Both the position numbers and the translations under genes were made by a program. A DNA stretch of 33,000 bases. Source: Dicyema japonicum. Its lineage: Eukaryota; Animalia; Dicyemida. Position 1 is the first letter of the stretch; each line of letters opens with the position of its first letter. Under the pieces are notes generated by a model. That model saw only the letters and a list, made by a program, of their open reading frames with translations, ran no database searches and had not been told where the DNA came from. This document shows positions 23,822-33,000 of this stretch, piece by piece. Location of the stretch: NCBI GenBank assembly GCA_011109175.1, contig RDEW01000005.1:1732657-1765656 (forward strand). The letters run 5' to 3'.

Positions 23822-24235
23822 AATTATTTATTTATTTTTATTTAATAACCCCGAAAAAGGAACACCAAGAAAGAAGGAGTAAACCAACTAATTAAGTCGA
23901 TCACAGGAAAAACCTCTCGATCCTGTTGAGGCGTACCGGGAGAGGATCGAGAGGATGTGGATATAATTCCGATATAATTCCGAGGGCATATATTCAATTT
24001 ATTGTGTTAAAGAAAACTCTTGAAAGCATGTTAGTGGAGCACCGACATGGGATGAACTTTCAAGAGAGTGATGTTAGTGAGGTCATTCATTTCCTACAAC
24101 GAAAGTCTCTACAAGTTGAGGATGACGGAATCGTGCCCATGGAACAACAATGCTGGAGTGAAGATCAGATTGGTGATGGTGAACAAGAGATTGCAGTTAG
24201 AGAGCTAAGGAATGGCTCAAAACGAAAGAGAATAA
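23822..24235 (-). mobile_element. LINE 3' end whose tail matches family A
   Basis: Tail CTTAATTAGTTGGTTTACTCCTTCTTTCTTGGTGTTCC...GGGGTTATTAAATAAAAATAAA, preceded by a 12-bp perfect hairpin and Cys-containing coding-like sequence. Confidence 0.55.
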
Positions 24236-24324
24236 ATTAATACAGCCAATCAATTTTAAATAGTTTAATTCTGACTTTTGGTTTATTCTTAATATTTGAT
24301 TTAATAGCTTTATTTATGGAAGAC

Positions 24325-24710
24325 AGGTACCCACCCAGCCTTGATGAACATTTACAAGCAATACATCGAACCATGCTTCTCGTACGCGTGTGCTTCGTGG
24401 GGACCTTCATTATCATGGACGAACACTAAGAAGATTGAGGACGTTCAAAAGAAGGCTTTCAAAATGACGGAGCGGTGGTCTTGTGGGAGACACAGAACCG
24501 GACCGACTACTCTGGAGGCCCTCGTTAAACAAAACTCCGGCATGCGGGAAGGTGGCCCTGCAAATACAGTCAGCCGCCCTGTACGAGCTTGTGTGGGTAC
24601 GAGGGAGGAGCACCGGAAAGAATGAGGATTTTGGCGGAGCGCATCGGGATCATGTGATAGTTAGTTTTGGTTTTACCGTGGTCTTGGGTGTTAAATAAAT
24701 AAAATAAAAT
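24325..24710 (+). mobile_element. LINE RT C-terminal (thumb) fragment plus 3' tail
   Basis: LMNIYKQYIEPCFSYACASWGP.LS.TN.KKIEDVQKKAFKM. The tail GATAGTTAGTTTTGGTTTTACCGTGGTCTT..TAAATAAATAAAA also occurs at 29210-29270 (-). Confidence 0.85.
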
Positions 24711-24720
24711 TTAAGAATCG

Positions 24721-25047
24721 AGCCGCGTGGCGCCATGTTGTGCTACGTGGCTAATTGGTTAAAGTTTTCTCCTTGCCTGTTTGTTCCTTTTCTCTCTTAC
24801 TATTAGAGTGGCGTCATGTGATTTACCTGTCTAGGTGACGCCCAGTGCCTGGCTGGCACGAAAAAGGATCATTTGTTCTCCCCCACTCCACTGGAAGAGA
24901 TTCCACAACTGCAAGTATGGACGTCTTACTTTTTATGTTGATTCCGGATGGACTGTTTCTGTAGAAGTGGAAACTGGATACACTTAATTAGTTGTTATTT
25001 TAACTTCTTTCTCGGTGTATCCGGGGTTAATAAAATTAAAAAAAATT
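24721..25047 (+). mobile_element. Family A full copy, inserted directly after a LINE A-rich tail
   Basis: Colinear with 110-430 over its whole length. Confidence 0.9.
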
Positions 25048-25061
25048 TTCTTGACAGTTAA

Positions 25062-25136
25062 TCTACTCTATCTTTCCACTGTTCCTTATCTTTGGCCTAC
25101 TAGAGTGGTGTCAAGTGATCCACCTGTCTCAGGTGA
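25062..25136 (+). mobile_element. Family A internal fragment
   Basis: CCTACTAGAGTGGTGTCAAGTGATCCACCTGTCTCAGGTG matches 188-226. Confidence 0.75.
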
Positions 25137-25149
25137 AAATCGACATCAA

Positions 25150-25790
25150 TTCATGATCATCTCTTTGAAGAAGCTATCCCGAAGAAAGACGTGTGCGATA
25201 CCCAGAAGGACTTTAGAAAAATACATGCACGCCCATTTATGTAAGTTGGACACGAAATGTGTGAACATAAAATTTTCAGAATATATTGAGGCATACCATT
25301 GGATCGGTGACAATCAATCGGGAACCCATATAATGTGTAGGAGGCTAAAGGGAAGACATACTTAACCACTGCTCCAACCAGAAGAATGGGAATTATTTGG
25401 ATTTATTTAAAGAAAGCTTTTGATGACTTCTCGTCAGTTCAAGGTTCACTTTTTCTTAAAAATCCAAAAAGATAGAAGGATACAGAAAGTGGTTGTAAAG
25501 TTGGAAAAGTACAGAAAGTTCAATAATAGTTAAGTTGAACATCAACAATGCTTACAAAATCATAGAGGCTCGTCTTTCCAGGATACCGATAATTATCAGG
25601 ACGGTGAATTTCTCATATGGTTCGTTAATGATTTTTGGGCAAAACACCCTTGAATCCATGAATGGAGCCTTCACTCTTCACCTTGAGGATCGATTCTACT
25701 GTCTTATAAAATCTCAGTCTAACCGGGAGTTGAAAGTAATGCCAGATTCCAAGATTCCTTTACTATCTTAAAGAGGTCCTCTATTAACTT
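25150..25790 (+). mobile_element. Decayed R4/Dong-like RT fragment
   Basis: PKK...KDFR, KL.TKCVN..FSEYIE...IGDNQ.GT...CR, and IWIYLKKAFD (WID.KKAFD motif). Confidence 0.6.
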
Positions 25791-25899
25791 TAACTTCACA
25801 TGAAGTGACTCAGAGCGCGTCTGTAGAAATAATTTCTTTCTCAGCTGATCCACCTTTTTTGTGCGTAATACTCATTGACCGAAAGAGTTCCTTAGTTCT

Positions 25900-28330
25900 C
25901 AGTAAATTAAATTATTAACTCAACTTTAGCTAACTAACCTGGATCTGGCAAACACACAATGCGCCATGAGACCAGGACGCTCCCAGAGATCCTTTACTTT
26001 CACGTCCAGGACCAGGACAAGCAATGAGATCCCGAAATACTCTCCTAGTCAGAAACGGATGATGTCCATATCGTAAAAGAGAAAGTTCCACTATGAAGGC
26101 CCTCGGAAGATGCAGTTCTAAAACGCAGGAGCTCTGCGCTCCAGTATCAATTCTCTTTGAGGGTTCGTATAGCACGTGTAGACACAAAACCATGTATACT
26201 TATGGTCCATGTTTGGTCTTTTACAAAGAGTGGAATTTTCATGTGTGTCCATTGGAGATCAGAAAATGTTAGTGGATTAAAGTAATGTGAAACTTGTGTG
26301 GTTGGGTCGAATGATTGTCTCAGATACTGTAAGCTACTCATTTCAAGGTGGTCACCAAAAGTCAGGATTTTCAAATCCTATTATAATTACCAACGGGAGA
26401 TGATTTTAAACAGCCCATTAAATCCCCCATGCTGAATTTTAGACCTGCTGCAGGTTTTATAGAAGGGATGGTGATATTCATAAAGCCAAGCTTGATATTC
26501 AATGTCGTCCTGATGAATCGCTTGTACAGGAGAATATAAACTCCTTTTTCGAGTGATCAGCTACTGCTCGAAAAATATTTAACTTTTGCTTTATTTTAGC
26601 AGTGACGTGTCATACATGACTCAGGATTTTAGGATATTTAACCACTGGAGGAAGTTCGTTGCTTAAGTATATATTAGACAGTGGTGGAATTGACTCCGAT
26701 CTGTTGTAAATATTGTTATTGAGGATTTCGATGTGGGAGACATCTATTTTGTGGTCATCCATGTGTTTGCACATTATGAGACCAATTGAACGTTATTATC
26801 CCCCGATGCAATCATAGGGACATCGGCATATGATGGAAGGAACGTTTTCATAATCATTAAAATGTAGCTGAGGCAGATTAAAAAGTGAGGGTGAAATAAC
26901 AGATCCCTGCTTTAGAAAAATTGATGTGGCCTGAACTATTTTTTCCAAAATCTTTGATACAACTGAGGTAAGAGAAATAGGTCTGTGGAGAAAGATGAGG
27001 AATCTTTGTTGTTTTTGAGTAATTATCGATAACATGGGGATAAAACACGTTGATTGAGAATTCATAAATGGCCTTGAGAGCGTCCGTTAGGTCCGAGGTG
27101 TTTCAAGTGGAGGATACATAGGCCATCAGGGCCTTTGGTAGAGAGTTCGCGGAATTTGGATCAAGTCATTGATTAGAGTTACGAGAACTTGGATATGACC
27201 TCACGTACCTCGTGTTAGTTGGATTCTCTAATGCTGAATATCTTTGGCCATTGGAATGTGACTAATCAGACAATAATGGGTCATCAAGTCGTTTGCCTAA
27301 CGATGAAAGTCTATTGTTTGGTTGTTTGAGAGGAGCCGGAATCAGTTTGACTGACCTGAACATCTTTGATGAATCTCAAGAGTTTATGATGTTAACATCT
27401 TGGGTTATGATGTTTAATAAATTCAGTCCATTTTTCATTCTGGACTTTAGAAATCAACGTGTTATTTACCTGAGGACTTTACTATTAAAGAACGACTGAC
27501 TTTTGGGATTAATTTCATGTCAGCTTACAATATATGGGAGATGAAAAAGGTCACGGTTTTATCTGGAGAGGTAAATTTATACAGAGAAGAATTCCAAGAA
27601 CCTTTCTATTTCGACCTTAAAATTATCTTATTTTTCTGTAATATGCGAAGGTCGATCTGGTTGTGATCAAAGGATAAGTCTGAAATTCCAGCTAATCTAG
27701 GATGCGATGGTAGGTGAGCACATCGATTGGTCAAGGACGTGTTTGGACACTTTATCTTGTGTGTTGATTGGGGTTGTTTATTATGATGATATGTTCGCGT
27801 TCTGAGGTGACTTGTTTTGACGTCTGATGGCTGAATAGGGAATTTACATTATTAATGAGAGTGTCTGGAGTGGACATGACGATAATGGTAATGGAAATTA
27901 CTTCGATGCTGTTATCTGAGGTTTGCATGGCTGTGTGCTGGGAGTGTATGTGAAAGGAAGTGAAGAATGTATTAAGGTGACCATGGGACTCATTTGCTTA
28001 TTCGGAGCAGAAAACTGAGTAGTCTGTATATTTGGATGCTCGTGAGGTGATAGATAGTCAGACTCAAAAAAGCAATATCAATTTTGTGTCTCGCCAAATA
28101 GTCTGTGAGCTCAGTGTTCTTTGGAATGATCCATTAATATTCAGTTGTAGGATTCTAATTTTGTTCGGTCCGGGGTTGGGCTCCCGCATCATGAGGATTT
28201 CACTAGAGCGAGGTCTTGTGATCGCTCGACGAGCGCAATCAGGAACTCCTTTGAAAGAACCGATAAGGAAAGTAAGTGGTTCTTTTTTTATGAGTGATGT
28301 GTAGTACACAAAAACATCTATCTGACACCT
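25900..28330 (-). mobile_element. Decayed, internally deleted APE-RT LINE with an N-terminal 2A-like motif
   Basis: EPNPGP-NKIRILQLNING (APE start), KGPDGLCILHLKHLG, RPISLTSVVSKILEKIV, KQGSVISPSLFN and YAD, in order. Confidence 0.88.
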
Positions 28331-28670
28331 TGAGCTGTACCACACCGTCATTCAAATCACGTGATAATATTTTCTTAGTAAATTTACAAGAATTCACTAT
28401 TCGTCGCTTTGTTAACTATATTATAAAATACTGAAGAATTTAAAAATTCTTAGAAAATCAAATTTATCGACCTCCTTAACTTGAGACCTTTTATCCCACT
28501 TGTCTTTGTCCTGACGCGTTCCAGCAGTACCTTCACCCAAGCAAAGTGATCCAGAGTTGGTTGTCCGGGAAGCTGATGTCGAATGAATAGATATATAGAT
28601 ATAAGAACCCGGAGGAATGAATAGATTATATACACTACGTGTTTATTTTCAATATACATTTTACACACGT

Positions 28671-28905
28671 GACCCAGCCGGGTGGCATAATGGTTATGTG
28701 TCGGGCTTAAGTGACTAAGGTTACGGGTTCGATTCTCGCTGCTGTTCACCTGGTGGAAGGTTCCACACATCTACGATGCAGAAAGGGTTTGACGAGTGAC
28801 GCCGTCATCAGTGGATACTCACTGCGGAACTGGATTGTCTAGAAAGGACCCACACACAATAAAAAGAAAAAAAGAAGTGAAGATCAGTAAAGTGAGTGTC
28901 CTGAA
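28671..28905 (+). mobile_element. SINE family B copy with the clearest tRNA-derived head
   Basis: A-box TGGCATAATGG (28683-28693), B-box GGTTCGATTCT (28726-28736), core at 28791-28811. Confidence 0.9.
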
Positions 28906-29209
28906 CATAATCTTTGATAAATTAGCTAATTAACAATGTTTAGATCTTCTATAGTAGTCATAATAAGACACCACATGTTTCTTAGTGGAAAAAAACCATT
29001 TACAGTACAACATGCGATGTACCACGGTATTGTTCCCCATCAAGCTGATATGTTAGATTTCAAATTAATCATATACTCAATTAATCCTTTTTCGAGTTTT
29101 ATCAGTAGCTACTTAGTTTCATAGCAAGTCACATGTGTAAAAGATAAATTAGTAGTGAATGAGGAAAAGCCTGCAGGAGATAGCAGACTGTGCAAGTACA
29201 TAAACTTCT

Positions 29210-29700
29210 ATTTATTGAACAACCAAAGACCACTGTAAAACCAAACTAATTATCATGTGATACAGATGCATTCTAACAACAGCCTTACTTTCATCTCTGC
29301 TGTCACAGAATATCCAGACGTTTGCCAAAAGTCCCAAGTCAAACATGACTCGCATGATTCTTGATCTTCTATTTACTGAATAGTCGTATTATTAAGGAGG
29401 ATTCTTAGTTTGATGCTTTAGTCCCTTCTACATGTAGTAAACAATGCTACGGCTTGGTTGGAAAAATCTCAAGTCGTAGTTTAGCAAACCATGGGATCAG
29501 TGTTAAGCATTTTATGTATGACCCCTGCTTAGAAACCTCTATTTCTGGCAGTTATGACAATATCATATGCATAGGAGAGTACACAATGTCCAGTATAGGT
29601 TGTGGCACATCGTGCATAAATAGATTAAACAAAGGGAGAACTTCGAGGTACTCAATTGGGAAAGAAATGATTTTTTGACTCCATTTGGTAACACTTCACG
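29210..29700 (-). mobile_element. Decayed LINE RT fragment + 3' tail
   Basis: PLFNLFMHDVPQP...SYAYDIVI (degenerate YADD). The tail is homologous to 24640-24700. Confidence 0.75.
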
Positions 29701-29999
29701 TGGACTCGTCTTCGTTCAGGAGGATGACCAACCAAATTTTAATACTCGTAGAATATCAAAGCTCAAAAATTCGTTTTGAAGAGAACTCAATGATAGTGAG
29801 CAAATGGGTCTTTCTTTGAGATTCAGCAGATTGAATTTCAGCTTTTCTTAACGACAACATCCTTTTTATGTACTTTCTCTCATAAATTCTTTAGAATTTC
29901 ATTTTAATATTTCACTATATTTGTTCTCCAATCGGTAATTGTAAAGTACATCAAGCTGGCCTACCGCGTTCGACAACAAGCGACTATTTATTTATATAA

Positions 30000-30900
30000 C
30001 CTCAGGAAACACAGAAAGAAGGTACAGTAACCAAACTAGTTAGGTGATCTCGGTTCCCCCTATGACATTCGCCATTTTCATCTTGAGCTATCGAGGAACC
30101 CCACCGTTTCCAAAATTGTATGCGCTTGTGCCTGCATAGGAAGTCGATGGGGGAAGCAACTTGTAGGGTCTTTTCTTGTATCGATATTAGGGTCATCAAT
30201 GATAAAGTGGTTAGTCGAGAAACATTACGAACTGTTCTCTTCCACCCGTATTGACAAATTAGGAAACTTTCCAATTATTCAGCAATTCTAGCAGAACACA
30301 AATAAATGGGGAGATAGTGAATCTCCCTAAATTACATCCCGTTTGGGCACGAGAGAGGAACACCAGGCCAAGTTGAGGTCTCTAATCAAACGCATCAGGA
30401 TAGCTTGATTTATTAGAAACCGATAGCTAACAAAAACTTTAGATTCAAGAGCAACGTTCCCAGGGATCCGACAGGTATATTCTGGACGTTCCCAGACACC
30501 AAAGCTTCAGATGGCTTTAGTGGACATCCAGTCATGGATTGTTTTCTCTCTTGACTGAGAGAGCTCAGTCTCTGAGATGGTTTGTAGAATCCGAATTTGA
30601 TCACCAAGAGTAGGAATAATTCTCTTGAATAGCTTTCCTAAGGCTTGGAGCGGTAGAAACTCCTCGACAATTAGAGTCCAATCCAGTAGTGGTGTGTTGT
30701 TGTATTTCTGTTTAATTTTATTGAAGAAGCAAGTTTTTTGGTTGCTATGCTGTTTTTGGTTGAATTCAATAGCAGGGAAGATATTTCCTGAAACTTTTGT
30801 TCCCGAGGTAACAAGAGGAAGCTTGAGATGCAATGTTTTGATTGTTCCTTGTTCTTCCACCAAGGATGCATCAGGCTGTCGAAGAAGTCTTTGAAACCTT
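30000..30900 (-). mobile_element. Heavily deleted CRE-clade copy
   Basis: Shares ~58 bp (30626-30683, LDSNCR.VSTAPSLRK.IQ) in inverted orientation with 31185-31242. Also IDDPNI (~30182-30200) versus LDDPNI (~32128-32146). Confidence 0.6.
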
Positions 30901-30959
30901 TGTCTTTTGAATTTTCCAAAACTGTTGAGACCAAAACAATATGATTCCCTTCTAGGAGT

Positions 30960-32775
30960 TACTAAATCCCAAATTATTTCTGACCCTGTTTCTGGATCGC
31001 CTACCAGTCGCGTTACGTCTGAAGAACTTTTTGTGTCGAGGTTACGAGTAAAGAGGAGTATTCTTTGAGGATTCCAAGGTCCGTGAGGGTGGTTGAAGTT
31101 CTTGTCTTCGCTATTGACCGGGCTACCTCGTCTTTGGAGACCAAGGATTAGATTTCCTCATCTCTTTCCCCTAATTGCACTTGAATTGGACTCTAATTGT
31201 CGAAAAGTTTCTACCGCTCCAAGCCTTAGGAAATCTATTCAGTCATTTGAGGATGGGAATCATTCCTTTACTCCCTCTCAAGAGTCCCTTATCACAGAAA
31301 CAAAACTTTTTCTCTATTGAATGCGGTTGTTGACATTGTTTTCAACCAAGAGCGTCATCTTGGTAACCCCTGAAGTCATTTCAACTTTGGAAAATAAACA
31401 TTCTCCCTCTCCATTGGATCTGAGAGAATTTTCAATCTCATTGGACTGTCCCATCCCGGTTTTTTTTCCGAATCTGATATGATCGAATCTTTCTCACCAG
31501 GCATCAGCGGGGGTTTGGATGGTTCACCTTCCGGCAATATCAGAGATTTTTTGTCATTTTTAAATTTTGAGGCGGGAGCTCACCTTGTATCATCGTTAAC
31601 CGAACCGTAAACCTATTTGCAGCGAGGAACATCCCTCCCATCACCCGTGAACTTTTTATTCTCCCCTATTGTTTCCCTTCTCGAAGTCTGTAACGAAATC
31701 AGGCCTATTGCCGTTTGAAGCCTATTCCGAAGGCTTGCTTCAAAGCTTGGCGCGTCATCGATGATCTGTCTTCCGAACTGATACCAGTACAACTCGGAAT
31801 GGGCGTGAGAATAAGCCATTCATGCCGCTCGTTCCTTTGTGGACTATTGTAAATAGGATAACCCTGAGATTATTGTGAAGCTGAACGTTTCCAATGCCTT
31901 CAATTCGGTGAGAAAAGAACATCTTCATGAAACTGTTTTGAGGAGACCTTTCAAGATTTATTCACATTACGAACCTCGCATACGGAACTCCAACCCATCT
32001 CGTTATTGTTGATGCACTCATTAAATAATGGACTGGGATTCAACAAGGTGATTCTCTTGGTCCACTTCTTTTTGCTTTGGGAGTTGACGAGGCTGCCCTT
32101 AGTGTGAAGGCTTTCAATTGTTGGTATTTAGACGATCCTAATATCGGTGACTCAACCGAGTCGGTTATGAAAAGTCTAGGAATACTTATCATTCTTAGCA
32201 GATTAATGCGCGTAATTATAATCTGGGACTCTCGAAAATGAATTCTCTATATCACGATGTAGGATCATGTCTTTTCTTCCCGATGTTGATATTACCGACG
32301 TGGAACACCTCAGGATATTGGGATCACCAATTTCCACTGGAATTATCCATCAAGTCTATTGAAGAAATTGTGAATATCAACTTCGATAGCATTCGATTGA
32401 TGCAAGCTTTCTTACCTGTCAGACTTGGGGAATCGGCCTAACTTTTGCTATGAACGTTGTCTTGTCATCCTTCCTGTCCTCATTATCAAGCAACATATCT
32501 CTCATCCGAAATATTCTTCCAGATTTCTGCAAATCCGCTCTGGACGACAAAAATTACTGATGGATTGAAGAGTTGGTCGGAAGCTTTTGAAGAAACCCCT
32601 CTTGATCCACACAGACCGAAGAACTGGGCCGACATTTTGTACAAGACTACTTAATCGACCCATTTGGAAACGGAGAACTTGCACTGTCGAGTTTGCATTC
32701 TGTCAGCCTCTTTCCCCCCAATGGTGCTTGGCTAAACGCATTTTCACCATCTTCAATTGGCTCCCTTCTGCAGTG
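30960..32775 (+). mobile_element. Decayed CRE-clade retrotransposon (N-term, RT, post-RT)
   Basis: LRIPRSVR, TPEVISTLENKH, GGLDG, IRPIAV.SLFRRLASK, HAARSF, KLNVSNAFNSVR, TGIQQGDSLGPLLFALGVD, WYLDD, LPVRLG and GAWLNA. Confidence 0.93.
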
Positions 32776-33000
32776 GATCTACTTGAATTGCTTGGTATCC
32801 TATCTCAGGAATACTCTGGTAGCTCAAGCTGAAGGTCATTGTTCTCAAATATAATTACTGTCAATATCATGAAGAAGTTCTAGGTGTTCCAGATATAAGA
32901 GGGAGAAGATGTCGAGAAGATGCTAACTTTAAATTTAAGAATAATTTGATCTCATACATATAGACTCTCTATGAGGTCTCCTTTTCGGTATTTAGGAAGT

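Noticed and set aside
28671-28750. Functional tRNA gene
   Set aside because: A and B boxes are present but there is no convincing cloverleaf or acceptor stem, and it continues into the repeat body. It is a SINE head.
997-28811. CRISPR array or prokaryotic repeat system based on the 21-nt core
   Set aside because: The copies are kilobases apart, on both strands, embedded in longer homologous SINE bodies. There are no cas genes and the DNA is eukaryotic.
597-31151. Stop-codon reassignment (e.g. UGA=Trp), suggested by TGA at a conserved Trp (HPV*, 597-599) and by protein-like frames containing stops
   Set aside because: TAG also replaces an expected Trp (31149-31151), other Trp codons are TGG, frameshifts are everywhere, and the BAH gene uses TGG for Trp and ends in TAA. 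Ordinary G>A decay explains it.

Overview
AT-rich eukaryotic genomic DNA, not prokaryotic: no operons, rRNA or CRISPR. One host gene is convincing: a minus-strand BAH-domain gene (2226-3348) split by seven very short GT-AG introns of 21-47 nt, so it is invisible to the ORF track. Introns this small suggest a compact-genome parasite such as a dicyemid or myxozoan (inference). Much of the rest is a nested graveyard of decayed transposons: at least seven CRE-clade non-LTR fragments (RT + restriction-like endonuclease), several APE-type LINEs (one with a degenerate 2A-like NPGP motif), RTE-like bipartite derivatives, R4/Dong-like RT pieces and a Tigger/pogo transposase fragment. Two short interspersed families stand out. 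Family A (4 copies, one with an 18-bp TSD) has a central 62 nt that pairs in the helix order of an HDV-like nested double pseudoknot, and its 3' tail matches a LINE 3' end in this window. Family B (tRNA-headed SINE, 7 copies) has a near-invariant 21-nt core followed by a hairpin with a hypervariable loop. All calls were made by eye; the boundaries of decayed elements are approximate.
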